This document shows, in pieces, positions 9,282-19,347 of a stretch of DNA of 64,000 bases. The stretch spans positions 3,412 through 67,411 of the forward strand of contig JAEEQA010000006.1 of the NCBI GenBank assembly GCA_016285085.1. Direction: 5' to 3'. Each line of letters begins with the position of its first letter. The first letter of the stretch is position 1. Position numbers and translations under genes: made by a program. Under the pieces are notes generated by a model, which saw only the letters and a list, made by a program, of their open reading frames with translations, searched no databases and was not told the DNA's origin. The stretch is from Bacteroidales bacterium (GTDB lineage Bacteria > Bacteroidota > Bacteroidia > Bacteroidales > WCHB1-69).

Positions 9282-10178
9282 CTATATAATATATGTAAGA
9301 CTTAAGATGCAGGAGAGGAGGAAGGTAGTCATCACCAGCAGGGGCAGCATCTTGTCAAGCTGGCGGCCAGTGTATCGCCACACCCCTCGCAGATGCAAGG
9401 CATACAGGGGAAGCGTGACGAGGACAAGCCAATGCCACCAGTCGAAGTCACATAACAAGAACAAGACGAGAAACACCCAGCCACCACCGATGAGGGCTGT
9501 TTGGTAGATGCGGGCGTTGCGCAGTCCGATTTTCAGCGGGATGGTGACGCGGGTGCCCGCATCGGTCTCCATGTCGCGGATGTTGTTGGTGTTGAGCACG
9601 CCAATGCTGAAGAGTCCGATGGCAGCGGCCGCCAGCAGCACGGGCCAAATGATGCAGTGGGCGGCCACGAAGTAGGCGCCGCCCACGGAGGCAAGGCCGA
9701 AAAAGAGGAAGACGAACAGGTCACCGAAGCCGCGGTACCCGTATGGGTTGCGACCGAGCGTATAGCGGATGGCGGCCCAGACGGCGGCGGCACCGAGCAT
9801 CAGCAGCACAACGGCTTCGGTGCACAGGAGGGTACCGAAGGAGAGCCATATCATTGCGGTGCCCGAAAGGCAGCACAGGACGGCGGTGACGGCGATGGTG
9901 GTGCGGAGGTCGGCGGGCGAGAGGGTGCCGGCCTGGAGGCTGTAGGCGGGGCCGGTGCGTTCATCGGTGTCGGTGCCGCTGAGGTAGTCGCCCAGCTCGT
10001 TCGACAGGTTGGACAAAATCTGGAGGAGGGTGGCGGTGAGGAGGGTTGTAACGATGACGGCGATCGGGGTGGTATGGTAGCGGGCGGCGAGGCCGAGCCC
10101 AAGGATGACACCCGCGAGGGAGAGGGGCAGGGTGCGCAGCCGCATCGAGCGAAGCATGGGCATCAGTTTTTCTGACAT
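9282..10178 (-). CDS. menA: 1,4-dihydroxy-2-naphthoate polyprenyltransferase (UbiA family)
   Basis: This is a 298-aa polytopic membrane protein with UbiA-type motifs (NLSNELGDYLSGTD, NNIRDMETD). It is adjacent to ubiE. Confidence 0.82.
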   Translation of the reverse strand: MSEKLMPMLRSMRLRTLPLSLAGVILGLGLAARYHTTPIAVIVTTLLTATLLQILSNLSNELGDYLSGTDTDERTGPAYSLQAGTLSPADLRTTIAVTAVLCCLSGTAMIWLSFGTLLCTEAVVLLMLGAAAVWAAIRYTLGRNPYGYRGFGDLFVFLFFGLASVGGAYFVAAHCIIWPVLLAAAAIGLFSIGVLNTNNIRDMETDAGTRVTIPLKIGLRNARIYQTALIGGGWVFLVLFLLCDFDWWHWLVLVTLPLYALHLRGVWRYTGRQLDKMLPLLVMTTFLLSCILSLTYII

Positions 10179-10200
10179 AAGGCAGTTATTTTCGAGGCCG

Positions 10201-10208
10201 CAAAATTA
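10201..10208 (-). promoter_or_regulatory. Bacteroidota -7 promoter box (TAATTTTG on the minus strand) for menA-ubiE
   Basis: CAAAATTA on the plus strand lies 23 nt upstream of the menA start at 10178. Confidence 0.4.
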
Positions 10209-10323
10209 GACAAAAAAGAGGATGTGGGGAAAAAACGCCCATATTGTTTTTAGCTCATTGATAATATGTTACGATTTCTTTCAAAAAAAATTTCAACATA
10301 TAGTTTTTTATTAAAAAAAGTTG

Positions 10324-10331
10324 TATTTTTG
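10324..10331 (+). promoter_or_regulatory. Bacteroidota -7 promoter box (TATTTTTG) for the rplV-rpsE block
   Basis: TTGTATTTTTGCC sits in an AT-rich spacer about 95 nt upstream of the rplV ATG. Confidence 0.45.
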
Positions 10332-10426
10332 CCGCCAATTTGAGTAGTAAATCAGGGTGAAGGGTTTTGAAGACAATAAAACATTGAAAATCAAGCCATA
10401 AGCCCACAAAAAGCAACAAAAAAACA

Positions 10427-10861
10427 ATGGGTTCAAGAAAAAGATTAGCAGCAGAAAAGCGGAAAGAAGCCAACAAAAACTTATATGTTGCCCGTTTGAA
10501 GGACAACCCGACTTCGCCGCGGAAAATGAGAATTATGGCTGATGTGATCAGAGGAAAGGACGTGGACTATGCGCTGAACGTCCTGAAGTACAGCCGCCGT
10601 GAGGCCGCTGAGAAGCTTTTGAAGCTTTTAAAGTCAGCCGTTGCCAACTGGCAGGTGAAGAACGAAGGTGTCCGCATTGAGGACGCGCAGCTTTACGTGA
10701 AGTCCGTCGTAGTGGACGGCGGCACGATGCTGAAGAGACTCCGCACCGCTCCCCGCGGCATGGGTCACCGCATCCGCAAGCGTTCCAACCACGTCACCAT
10801 CATCATTGATGACAAAAACATAGTAAATAACAATATTGAAGAAAATCAAAACAACGAGTAA
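10427..10861 (+). CDS. rplV: 50S ribosomal protein L22
   Basis: [27 protein letters not shown] ... [25 protein letters not shown]; it is followed by rpsC. Confidence 0.95.
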   Translation: MGSRKRLAAEKRKEANKNLYVARLKDNPTSPRKMRIMADVIRGKDVDYALNVLKYSRREAAEKLLKLLKSAVANWQVKNEGVRIEDAQLYVKSVVVDGGTMLKRLRTAPRGMGHRIRKRSNHVTIIIDDKNIVNNNIEENQNNE

Positions 10862-10863
10862 GT

Positions 10864-11598
10864 ATGGGTCAAAAAGTTAGTCCGGTAGGCCTCAGGTTAG
10901 GCATTATCAGAGGATGGGATTCTAATTGGTATGGCGGCAAACAATTCGCCAGTAAGATAGTCGAGGACGACAAAATTAGAAAGTATTTGAACGCACACGA
11001 ACGTCTGTCCAAAGCCGGAATCGCAAAAATCTACATTGAAAGAACGCTTAAGTTGGTGACAGTCACCCTGTTCACCGCACGTCCGGGCCTTATCATCGGC
11101 AAGGGCGGCAAGGATGTCGAGAGTTTGAAGGAAGAGCTCAAGAAGATCACCGACAAGGACATCCAGATCAACATTGCAGAGGTGAAACGCCCCGACATGA
11201 ACGCGGAGCTGGTCGCACAGAACATCGCCCGCCAGATCGAGGGCCGTATCTCCTACAGAAAGGCTGTGAAGACCGCCATCGGCAACACGATGCGTTCCAA
11301 CGCCGAGGGTATCAAGGTGTCCGTTTCCGGCCGTCTCGGCGGTGCGGAAATCGCCCGTACGGAGCACTTCAAGGAGGGCAGAACCCCTCTCCACACGCTC
11401 CGTGCCGACATCGACTACGCCAGAGCGGAGGCTCATACCACCTACGGCGGCATCGGCGTCAAGGTGTGGATCTGCTGCGGCATCGTTTACGGTAAGAGAG
11501 ACCTCTTCCAGCTTCCCACCGACGGGAAGGAGCAGCGCGGCGGCGGCGCACGTCGCCCCCAAGGCGGCCGTCCGAGAAGAGGCGAGAAAAAGAATTAG
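10864..11598 (+). CDS. rpsC: 30S ribosomal protein S3
   Basis: [23 protein letters not shown] and [30 protein letters not shown]. Confidence 0.97.
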   Translation: MGQKVSPVGLRLGIIRGWDSNWYGGKQFASKIVEDDKIRKYLNAHERLSKAGIAKIYIERTLKLVTVTLFTARPGLIIGKGGKDVESLKEELKKITDKDIQINIAEVKRPDMNAELVAQNIARQIEGRISYRKAVKTAIGNTMRSNAEGIKVSVSGRLGGAEIARTEHFKEGRTPLHTLRADIDYARAEAHTTYGGIGVKVWICCGIVYGKRDLFQLPTDGKEQRGGGARRPQGGRPRRGEKKN

Positions 11599-11622
11599 TA
11601 ACCAATAAAAAGCACGATAGCC

Positions 11623-12048
<426 letters not shown>

Positions 12049-12060
12049 TAAGTAAGAGCA

Positions 12061-12258
12061 ATGAAACAGCAAGTTATCAAGGAACTCTCCACCTCCGATA
12101 TGATTGAGAGACTGGCCGAGGAAAAAGAACGCCTCACCAAACTGAGACTGTCCCATGCCGTCTCCCCCCTCGAGAACCCGCAGGTGATCAAGGAGACCAG
12201 ACGCACCATCGCCAGATTAAACACAGAACTTCGCAGACGCGAATTAGAAGCAAAATAA
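12061..12258 (+). CDS. rpmC: 50S ribosomal protein L29
   Basis: It is 65 aa, has the L29 helical pattern ([26 protein letters not shown]) and occupies the conserved position. Confidence 0.9.
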   Translation: MKQQVIKELSTSDMIERLAEEKERLTKLRLSHAVSPLENPQVIKETRRTIARLNTELRRRELEAK

Positions 12259-12271
12259 AAGAAACCGAATC

Positions 12272-12529
12272 ATGGAAGAAAGAAACAGCAGAAAAGTAAG
12301 AGAAGGCCTCGTTACCAGCAACAAGATGGACAAGTCCATCGTCGTCAGCGTCGAGCGTAAGCTGAAACACCCCAAGTACGGGAAGTTCCTCAAGAGAACC
12401 ACCAAGTTGATGGCCCACGACGAGAAGAACGAGTGCGGAATCGGCGACAAAGTTCGCGTTATGGAAACCAGACCGCTCAGCAAGAACAAATGCTGGCGCT
12501 TAGTCGAAATCATTGAAAAAGCAAAATAA
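12272..12529 (+). CDS. rpsQ: 30S ribosomal protein S17
   Basis: [26 protein letters not shown] ... [10 protein letters not shown]. Confidence 0.95.
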   Translation: MEERNSRKVREGLVTSNKMDKSIVVSVERKLKHPKYGKFLKRTTKLMAHDEKNECGIGDKVRVMETRPLSKNKCWRLVEIIEKAK

Positions 12530-12532
12530 GTT

Positions 12533-12901
12533 ATGGTACAGCAAGAAACAAGATTAGCCGTTGCAGACAACAGCGGGGCAAAAGAAGTATTGTGCATGCG
12601 TGTCCTCGGCGGCACCAAGAAGAGATACGCCGGCGTAGGCGACAAGATCGTTGTGGCCATCAAGAGCGCCATCCCCTCCGGGAACGTGAAGAAGGGCACC
12701 GTCTCCAAGGCCGTGGTCGTGCGCACCAAGAAGCATGTCCGCCGTCCGGACGGATCCTACATCCGCTTCGACGACAACGCGTGTGTCCTCCTTACCGGCG
12801 CCGACGAACTTCGCGGCACCCGTATCTTCGGACCCGTCGCCCGTGAGCTCCGTGAGAAACAATACCTCAAGATTGTCTCCCTCGCACCGGAAGTCCTCTA
12901 A
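12533..12901 (+). CDS. rplN: 50S ribosomal protein L14
   Basis: [27 protein letters not shown] ... [11 protein letters not shown]. Confidence 0.97.
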   Translation: MVQQETRLAVADNSGAKEVLCMRVLGGTKKRYAGVGDKIVVAIKSAIPSGNVKKGTVSKAVVVRTKKHVRRPDGSYIRFDDNACVLLTGADELRGTRIFGPVARELREKQYLKIVSLAPEVL

Positions 12902-12960
12902 TAGAGTTAGGAACAATTGACAAAGACCAATTGAATATTAATCAAAAAAAACAAACAGCG

Positions 12961-13275
12961 ATGAAATTTCACATTAAGAAAGGCGACACCGTCAAAGTGC
13001 TGTCCGGCAACTCCAAAGGGAAGCAGGGCAAGGTCTTGATGGTCGACCGCGAGAACTACCGCGCCATCGTTGAGGGGTTGAACATGGTTTCGAAACACAC
13101 GAAACCCAATGCCAAGAACCCCCAGGGCGGTATTGTAAAACAGGAAGCCCCCATCCACATCTCCAACCTGATGCTTGTGGATGCCAAAGGTGTGGCAAGC
13201 CGCATCGGCCGCCGCATCGGCGAAGACGGGAAGTTAGTAAGATATTCTAAAAAAACAGGGGAGGAGATTAAGTAA
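12961..13275 (+). CDS. rplX: 50S ribosomal protein L24
   Basis: [26 protein letters not shown] (KOW motif). The track ORF starts at 12931, but the canonical L24 N-terminus is at the ATG at 12961. Confidence 0.9.
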   Translation: MKFHIKKGDTVKVLSGNSKGKQGKVLMVDRENYRAIVEGLNMVSKHTKPNAKNPQGGIVKQEAPIHISNLMLVDAKGVASRIGRRIGEDGKLVRYSKKTGEEIK

Positions 13276-13829
13276 TGTACGTACCAAGATATAAAGAAAA
13301 ATACGACAAGGAAGTCGTCCCCGCTCTCAGAGAGCAATTCGGTTTCAAATCCATTATGCGCATCCCGCGCCTGCAGAAGATCTGCCTCAACCAGGGCCTC
13401 GGCAAGTTCGGCATCGCAGATAAAAAATTAATTGACCTCGGTGTTCAGGAAATGACCCTCATCGCCGGACAGAAGGCAGTCGCCACCAAGTCCAAGAAGG
13501 ACATCTCCAACTTCAAACTGAGAAAAGGAATGCCCATCGGCGTGCGCGTCACCCTCCGCGGCGAACGCATGTACGAGTTCCTCGACCGCCTCATCTCCGT
13601 GTCCATCCCGCGTATCAGAGACTTCCGCGGCATCAGCGACAAGGGCTTCGACGGCAGAGGCAACTACACCCTCGGTATTCCGGAACAGATCATCTTCCCT
13701 GAAATCGACCTTGACAAGGTGGCCAAGATCAACGGTATGGACATCACGTTCGTGACCACGGCCCGCAACGACAAGGAGTGTCTCGCATTATTAAAAGAAT
13801 TTGGTTTACCCTTTAAAAATCAGAAATAG
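13275..13829 (+). CDS. rplE: 50S ribosomal protein L5
   Basis: [13 protein letters not shown] ... [31 protein letters not shown] ... [17 protein letters not shown]. Confidence 0.97.
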   Translation: MYVPRYKEKYDKEVVPALREQFGFKSIMRIPRLQKICLNQGLGKFGIADKKLIDLGVQEMTLIAGQKAVATKSKKDISNFKLRKGMPIGVRVTLRGERMYEFLDRLISVSIPRIRDFRGISDKGFDGRGNYTLGIPEQIIFPEIDLDKVAKINGMDITFVTTARNDKECLALLKEFGLPFKNQK

Positions 13830-13832
13830 GAT

Positions 13833-14138
13833 ATGGCAAAAGAATCATTAAAAGCGAAAGAAGTTAAGAGAGCGAAAATGGTCGCAAAGTACGCCGCCAA
13901 ACGTGCAGAGCTGAAGAAGATCATCAACACGGGCAGCGAGTACACCGACGAGAAGGAAGCCGCAGTGAAGGCTTTGCAACAGCTCCCCCCGAATTCCAAT
14001 CCTATCAGAATGCACAACCGCTGCCAGCTCACCGGCCGCCCGAAGGGATACATCCGCCAGTTCGGTCTGTCCCGTATCAATTTCCGTGAAATGGCCCTCG
14101 CAGGTCTCATCCCCGGTGTCAAAAAAGCAAGTTGGTAA
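13833..14138 (+). CDS. rpsN: 30S ribosomal protein S14 (long form)
   Basis: [13 protein letters not shown] ... [39 protein letters not shown]. Confidence 0.95.
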   Translation: MAKESLKAKEVKRAKMVAKYAAKRAELKKIINTGSEYTDEKEAAVKALQQLPPNSNPIRMHNRCQLTGRPKGYIRQFGLSRINFREMALAGLIPGVKKASW

Positions 14139-14164
14139 TATAATAATTTAAGAGACAAAGAGTT

Positions 14165-14563
14165 ATGAATACAGATCCGATTTCAGATTATTTGACCCGA
14201 TTGAGAAACGCCATCATGGCCAATCATAAAATCGTGGAGATCCCCACTTCCAAGATGAAGCGCGAGATCACCAAGATCCTTTTCGAGAAGGGGTACATTT
14301 TGAATTATAAATTTGAGGATGACGTGCATCCGGGAATCATCAAGATCGCCCTCAAGTACCATCCCGTAACCAAACAGTCTGCCATCGTCAGCCTCCAGCG
14401 CGTGAGCCGTCCCGGCCTTCGTCGCTACTGCGGCGTGGAGGACATGCCCTCTGTCATGAACGGACTCGGCATCGCCATCATCTCCACTTCCAACGGCCTC
14501 ATGACGGACAAGGAAGCCCGTGCCCAGCACGTCGGCGGCGAAGTTTTGTGTTACATTAGCTAA
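14165..14563 (+). CDS. rpsH: 30S ribosomal protein S8
   Basis: DPISDYLTRLRNAIMANH ... GLGIAIISTSNGLMTDKEARAQHVGGEVLCYI. Confidence 0.97.
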   Translation: MNTDPISDYLTRLRNAIMANHKIVEIPTSKMKREITKILFEKGYILNYKFEDDVHPGIIKIALKYHPVTKQSAIVSLQRVSRPGLRRYCGVEDMPSVMNGLGIAIISTSNGLMTDKEARAQHVGGEVLCYIS

Positions 14564-14578
14564 TAGGAGGAAAGAATT

Positions 14579-15136
14579 ATGTCAAGAATAGGAAAATTGC
14601 CCATCGCGCTTCCCAAAGGCGTGGAAATCAAAGTGGACGAGAAAAGCAACCTCGTCACCGTCAAAGGTCCCCTCGGCGAACTCCAGCAGAAAGTTGACCC
14701 CGAAATCAAGGTTTCGGTGGAAGACGGACAGATCCATGTGCAGCGCCCGACCGACCAGAAACGTCACCGTTCCCTTCACGGACTTTACAGAGCCCTCATC
14801 AACAACATGGTGAAAGGCGTTTCCGAAGGATTCACCGTGCAGCAGCAGCTTGTCGGCGTCGCCTACAAGGCCGAATCCGCAGGCCAGCTCCTCACCCTCA
14901 GCCTCGGCTACTCCCACAACCTCGTTTTCGAGCTGCCGAAGGAAATCTCCGTGGAAACCGTTTCCGAAAAAGGTAAGGACCCTGTCATCACCCTCAAATG
15001 CATCGACAAGCAGCTTCTCGGTCAAGTGGCCAACAAGATCCGCTCGTACCGCAAGCCCGAACCGTATAAGGGCAAGGGTATCCGCTTCGTCGGCGAGGTG
15101 GTGAGAAAGAAAGCCGGTAAGTCCGCTGATAAATAA
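14579..15136 (+). CDS. rplF: 50S ribosomal protein L6
   Basis: MSRIGKLPIALPKGVEIKVD ... RSYRKPEPYKGKGIRF. Confidence 0.97.
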   Translation: MSRIGKLPIALPKGVEIKVDEKSNLVTVKGPLGELQQKVDPEIKVSVEDGQIHVQRPTDQKRHRSLHGLYRALINNMVKGVSEGFTVQQQLVGVAYKAESAGQLLTLSLGYSHNLVFELPKEISVETVSEKGKDPVITLKCIDKQLLGQVANKIRSYRKPEPYKGKGIRFVGEVVRKKAGKSADK

Positions 15137-15154
15137 CCGTAAAATCAAGATGAA

Positions 15155-15511
15155 ATGAAAAATAAGAAAGTTTTCAGAAGAAATAGGATCAAGCAGAGAG
15201 TCCGCAAATCCATCAGCGGCACCCCCGAACGTCCGAGAATGTCCGTTTTCAGAAGCAACCGCGACATCTATGTACAGCTGATTGACGACCTTGCGGGACA
15301 TACCCTGGCATCAGCCTCCTCCGCAGTGGCCGACATCCGCGACCAGAAGATTACCAAGAGCGCCAAAGCCGCCATCGTTGGTAAGAATATCGCAGAGAAA
15401 GCCCTCGCCGCCGGCATCACCAAAGTGGTGTTCGACCGTAATGGCTACCTCTATCACGGCAGAATTAAATCTTTGGCCGACGCAGCCAGAGAAGGTGGTT
15501 TAACGTTCTAA
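15155..15511 (+). CDS. rplR: 50S ribosomal protein L18
   Basis: [20 protein letters not shown] ... [27 protein letters not shown]. Confidence 0.96.
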   Translation: MKNKKVFRRNRIKQRVRKSISGTPERPRMSVFRSNRDIYVQLIDDLAGHTLASASSAVADIRDQKITKSAKAAIVGKNIAEKALAAGITKVVFDRNGYLYHGRIKSLADAAREGGLTF

Positions 15512-15524
15512 AAATTAGGTAACT

Positions 15525-16043
15525 ATGTCAAACGTAAATATCAAAAGAGTTAAGTCAGCCGACATCGAATTCAAAGATAGATTGGTTGCAGTCAACAGAG
15601 TAACGAAAGTTACCAAGGGTGGTAGAACCTTCAGCTTCTCGGCTATCGTGGTCGTGGGCGACGAGAAAGGTATCGTGGGCTTCGGTCTGGGTAAGGCCAA
15701 GGAAGTCTCCGCCGCCATCGCCAAAGGCATCGACGACGCCAAGAAGAACCTCATCCGCGTTCCCGTCCTCAACGGTACAATTCCGCACCCGATGGAAGCC
15801 AAATACAGCGGCTCCCTCGTGTTCATGAAACCCGCTGCCCCTGGTACCGGTGTCATCGCAGGTGGTGCTATGCGTGCCGTCCTCGAAACCGTCGGCGTGA
15901 AGAACGTGTTGGCTAAGTCCAAAGGTTCATCCAACCCCCACAGCGTTGTGAAGGCCACCATCAAGGCCCTCTCACAGCTCCGTGACCCCTACACCGTTGC
16001 ACAAGTCAGAGGCGTGGGTCTGGAACAGGTCTTCAACGGCTAA
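15525..16043 (+). CDS. rpsE: 30S ribosomal protein S5
   Basis: [41 protein letters not shown] ... [12 protein letters not shown]. Confidence 0.97.
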   Translation: MSNVNIKRVKSADIEFKDRLVAVNRVTKVTKGGRTFSFSAIVVVGDEKGIVGFGLGKAKEVSAAIAKGIDDAKKNLIRVPVLNGTIPHPMEAKYSGSLVFMKPAAPGTGVIAGGAMRAVLETVGVKNVLAKSKGSSNPHSVVKATIKALSQLRDPYTVAQVRGVGLEQVFNG

Positions 16044-16093
16044 TCCACTCCCCTACCCTCTATATTTTCTTGTTTTAAAGGGTTTTAATGTTG

Positions 16094-16128
16094 AAAAAAT
16101 CCCCGCCTCTAAAGCGGGGATTTTTTTT
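16094..16128. terminator. Bidirectional rho-independent terminator (A-run, 7-bp GC stem, T-run) shared by rpsE (+) and the TetR gene (-)
   Basis: AAAAAA-TCCCCGC-CTCTAAA-GCGGGGA-TTTTTTTT lies between the stops at 16043 (+) and 16139 (-). Confidence 0.8.
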
Positions 16129-16138
16129 GAAATGCGAA

Positions 16139-16747
16139 TCACGATATCCCTTTGAAAATCACCTCTTTTATCGCCTCCTTCCTGTGGTTGAGGTAGGTGG
16201 CGATTTCCGTTTCGTCTTTCTCAAAGAAATCGCTATACAGCGGCAACGAGATAAAGGTGAAAACAATCAGCGAAACGATGTGGAGTGTCAAGTCCGACAG
16301 TTCAATCGGACGGACACGCCCTTCCGCTATCTCCTTCTGTAACATGGTGTTCCATACGCCATAATATTTCAAGTACTCGGGTGATTCAATTACCTTTTTG
16401 CGGAAATATTGCCGACGGTCATCCCGCATGATCAGTTCATTGATGATGAAGAACGGGAGTTTCCGGTTTTTCATCAAAAGCTCGAAATAGGCGTCGATGA
16501 AGTCGTTGAGCGCGGTTTGGAAATCGCTCTCTTCCTTCAGTTTCAGACAACTGAACACCATCTCCTGCTTTTTTGCAAAAATCTGCATGAACAGGTTTTC
16601 CTTCGTGCGAAAATAGTAGTGTACCAGCGCCTGGTTGCAGCCGGCTTTCTTGGCGATATCGGTGGTGGAAGTGGCATCAAAGCCCTTTTCCAAAAACAGT
16701 TCTTCGGCGGTTTGCAGTATTTGTTCTTCTAAGGATGTCTTTTTCAT
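16139..16747 (-). CDS. TetR/AcrR-family transcriptional regulator
   Basis: The N-terminal HTH is ILQTAEELFLEKGFDATSTTDIAKKAGCNQALVHYYFRTKENLF. It is 202 aa and lies 10 nt downstream of the DUF2229-type gene. Confidence 0.88.
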   Translation of the reverse strand: MKKTSLEEQILQTAEELFLEKGFDATSTTDIAKKAGCNQALVHYYFRTKENLFMQIFAKKQEMVFSCLKLKEESDFQTALNDFIDAYFELLMKNRKLPFFIINELIMRDDRRQYFRKKVIESPEYLKYYGVWNTMLQKEIAEGRVRPIELSDLTLHIVSLIVFTFISLPLYSDFFEKDETEIATYLNHRKEAIKEVIFKGIS

Positions 16748-16756
16748 GGTTGTATT

Positions 16757-19282
16757 TTAAAGGGTTTCGGATTTTTGTTGGTTTTCCATCTGTTTCTTGC
16801 AATTTTCCACCATAAAATGGAGGCGGTTGAAGACGTTGGCTTCGGACGTGCCGCTGTCGAAATCGAGGAACAGCAGGCTCAGTTGCGGATAGAGTTGTTT
16901 CAGCTTTTTCTCTACCCCTTTGGAGATGATATGGTTGGCGATGCAGCCGAAGGGTTGGAGGCTCACCACATTCTGCACACCCGTTTCGGCCAAGTGGCAG
17001 ATTTCGCCCGGCAGGAACCACCCCTCGCCGAAGTCGCCCGCCATGTTGACCACCTTTTCGGCTAATTTGGCATCTTCAAAGATGCTGGTCAGCGGACGGA
17101 AGAACGGGAACGGGGCGCAGATGTCGTTGAACGTCTGCATCTTTTTCCATAAGATATTGTAAACAAAATCGTTGAGCCATTCGGGGAATTTCACCTCCTT
17201 GATGTTCAGCTGGCGGTTGATGTGGTTGTTGGCGAAACCGGTGGTGAGGAAGCCGATGAGTGCGGGTGGCACCACTTCCACGCCGTGTTCTTCCAACCAG
17301 TTGATAACGAACTTGTTGCTGAAACCGTTGTACTTGACGTAAATCTCGCCCACCAGCCCGATGACCGGCACCTGCTTCCGGGTGTCGATGGCTTCGGTGA
17401 ATTCCGCCACCGCCGCCCGCAGCAGCTTCTGGAGACCTTTGCTGTCGTTGGCTTCGATGATGGGCAATGCCTCTTCGGTGTACTTTTGCCGGAGTGCCGC
17501 GGCCCGTCCTTTCTCCCGCTCGCGCACGACGGCGGCGTGGTACAGCTTGGCGAGGCAGTCGGCATAAAGGACCGTGCTGGCGGTGATGTTGATAATCCGA
17601 CGGAAGGGAACGGTAAACCCCGGCTGTGTGGCGCTGACAGATGCGCTGAGCGCCAAGGATATAACGGGAACATCCTGAAAACCAGCGGATACCATCGCAT
17701 TCTTGATGAGGGCGTAGTAGTTGGAGGCGCGGCACTGTCCGCCCGTCTGCGTCATGATGACGGCCACGTCCATCGGGTCATAGTCGCCGCTTTGCAGAGC
17801 GTTCATGATGGAGCCTATGACGAGCGTGGCGGGGTAGCAGACCTCGTTGTTGGCGTACTTCAGTCCTGTTTCGGCGGCCTCGGGCGTGCCGGTCGGCAGG
17901 GTGACGAGGCGGTAACCCGCCAGTTTGAAGAGGGAGGGGAAGAACTCGGAGTATCCTTCGGCGAAGTAGGGGCCGAGCAGGGTGCGGCGGCGTTCCTGTT
18001 TGGTGAACGTGCGTGTGGTGACGTACGGGGCGGGTGCGGCGGAACCGTTGCTGCGTCCGCCCGCCGTGGTGACGGACTCGACCAGCGACCGCACGCGCAG
18101 CCGCAACGAGCCGATGTTGTTCACGTCGTCGATTTTCAGCACAGTGTGGTTTTTGTGGTACCGTTTCAGGATGGCGCCGACCTCGTCGAGGATGAAAGCG
18201 TCGGGGCCGCAGCCGAAGGAGGTGAGCTGCACCAGATGGAGGTTGGGGTAGGTGCTGTTGCCGACGAAGTAGGCGGCCTTGAAGATGCGGTTGGGGTAGC
18301 TCCACTGGGTGACGGCGTTCAGTTCGTCGTAAACGCCTGCGCCCGCCGTGGCCGCCACATTCTCGGTGATGACGTCGATGCCCATGTCGGCGATGGCGTG
18401 CGAGATCTTGTGCTCGATGAGCGGGTCAATATGGTAGGGACGGGCGGCGAGCAGAATCACCATGCGGTTCTCGTGGATGGCGGCGGTAAGGATCTCGTTG
18501 GCGCGGCGGGTGAGCTCCGCCAGGTAGTCGTCCTGCGCCTGTATCGCCGCCTCCACCGCCGCTGTCGCCGTGGCCGTGGAAATGCCCAACGTCTTTAGGT
18601 AGGCAAGGCAGGATTTAAAAGTCAGCTTTTTGCTGCTGAAGGTGATGACGGGTGTATCAAACGGAATGCCCGTCTTGATGGACGGATTCATCGAACTCTT
18701 GATGACATCCGAATAGCCCGCCACAATGGGGCAGTTGTAGCTGTTGCGCGACTTCTCGTCCTCCTTCCGCTCGTACACGACGTAGGGGTAGAAAATACGG
18801 TCCACCTTCTTCTGGATGAGGTCGTTGATGTGGCCGTGCATCAGTTTGGCGGGGAAGCAGATGTTGTCGGCCATGATGGAACGCAACCCGCTTTCGTACA
18901 GCTTGTTGCTTGACGGGCTGGAGAGCACGACGCGGAAACCGCATTGGGCGAAAAGCGTCTTCCAGAACGGGAAGTTCTCGTACATGCCCAAGCCGCGCGG
19001 GATGCCAATGACGGGCGCGTTGTCGGCGATGGGCAGGTCGTTTCTGCGGAACAGCAGCCGGTACTTTTCGGTGAATAGATTGATGCCTTTCCGGGCACCC
19101 TCGGCGCTGTTGGAATAGACCTTCTCGCAGTTGTTGCCCGAAAAGAAGGTGTTGCCGTTCTGGAAATGGAACAGCCGGACGGTGCAGTGGTTCTCGCAGC
19201 CCGGACACACCTCAATCTCCGACTGGTACTCGTTGGCCTGAATTAATTCCGACAGGTTCGGTCTGTTATTGTCTTGGTTCAT
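16757..19282 (-). CDS. Acyl-CoA dehydratase activase-related protein (DUF2229-type, internally duplicated; 2-hydroxyacyl-CoA dehydratase-like fold)
   Basis: It is 841 aa. The N-terminal Cys cluster is CPGCENHCTV...SGNNCEK. Two pseudo-repeats each carry an FGC motif (LTSFGCGPDAF and LQPFGCIANH). It lies directly downstream of the double-ATPase activase. Confidence 0.7.
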   Translation of the reverse strand: MNQDNNRPNLSELIQANEYQSEIEVCPGCENHCTVRLFHFQNGNTFFSGNNCEKVYSNSAEGARKGINLFTEKYRLLFRRNDLPIADNAPVIGIPRGLGMYENFPFWKTLFAQCGFRVVLSSPSSNKLYESGLRSIMADNICFPAKLMHGHINDLIQKKVDRIFYPYVVYERKEDEKSRNSYNCPIVAGYSDVIKSSMNPSIKTGIPFDTPVITFSSKKLTFKSCLAYLKTLGISTATATAAVEAAIQAQDDYLAELTRRANEILTAAIHENRMVILLAARPYHIDPLIEHKISHAIADMGIDVITENVAATAGAGVYDELNAVTQWSYPNRIFKAAYFVGNSTYPNLHLVQLTSFGCGPDAFILDEVGAILKRYHKNHTVLKIDDVNNIGSLRLRVRSLVESVTTAGGRSNGSAAPAPYVTTRTFTKQERRRTLLGPYFAEGYSEFFPSLFKLAGYRLVTLPTGTPEAAETGLKYANNEVCYPATLVIGSIMNALQSGDYDPMDVAVIMTQTGGQCRASNYYALIKNAMVSAGFQDVPVISLALSASVSATQPGFTVPFRRIINITASTVLYADCLAKLYHAAVVREREKGRAAALRQKYTEEALPIIEANDSKGLQKLLRAAVAEFTEAIDTRKQVPVIGLVGEIYVKYNGFSNKFVINWLEEHGVEVVPPALIGFLTTGFANNHINRQLNIKEVKFPEWLNDFVYNILWKKMQTFNDICAPFPFFRPLTSIFEDAKLAEKVVNMAGDFGEGWFLPGEICHLAETGVQNVVSLQPFGCIANHIISKGVEKKLKQLYPQLSLLFLDFDSGTSEANVFNRLHFMVENCKKQMENQQKSETL

Positions 19283-19297
19283 TGTTTGTTTTCTATA

Positions 19298-19347
19298 TTT
19301 TTCTACTACCCCGGCCTACGGCCACCCCTTCTACATAGAAGGGGAAT
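19298..19347. repeat. 50-bp intergenic element, copy A (49/50 identical to 29178..29227); contains the hairpin CCCCTTCT-ACAT-AGAAGGGG
   Basis: The sequence is TTTTTCTACTACCCCGGCCTACGGCCACCCCTTCTACATAGAAGGGGAAT. It overlaps the last 5 codons and the stop of the activase gene. Confidence 0.9.

Noticed and set aside
8501-9289. A 262-aa plus-strand ORF overlapping ubiE.
   Set aside because: It is an antisense shadow. The minus strand gives a full-length UbiE/MenG with a SAM-binding motif.
10255-10506. An 83-aa minus-strand ORF in the rplV leader/promoter region.
   Set aside because: It is an AT-rich, Phe/Leu/Lys-rich artefact that overlaps the promoter box and the rplV start.
16088-16342. An 84-aa plus-strand ORF after rpsE that could have been rpmD (L30).
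   Set aside because: It starts inside the terminator hairpin, overlaps the TetR gene in antisense and has no similarity to L30.
17222-18598. A 458-aa plus-strand ORF inside the DUF2229-type gene, and several 150-220-aa minus-strand ORFs in other frames (17076-17735, 17778-18305, 18657-19208).
   Set aside because: Their compositions are Arg/Pro/Gly/His-rich, as is typical of off-frame reading of GC-rich coding DNA. None has its own regulatory signals.
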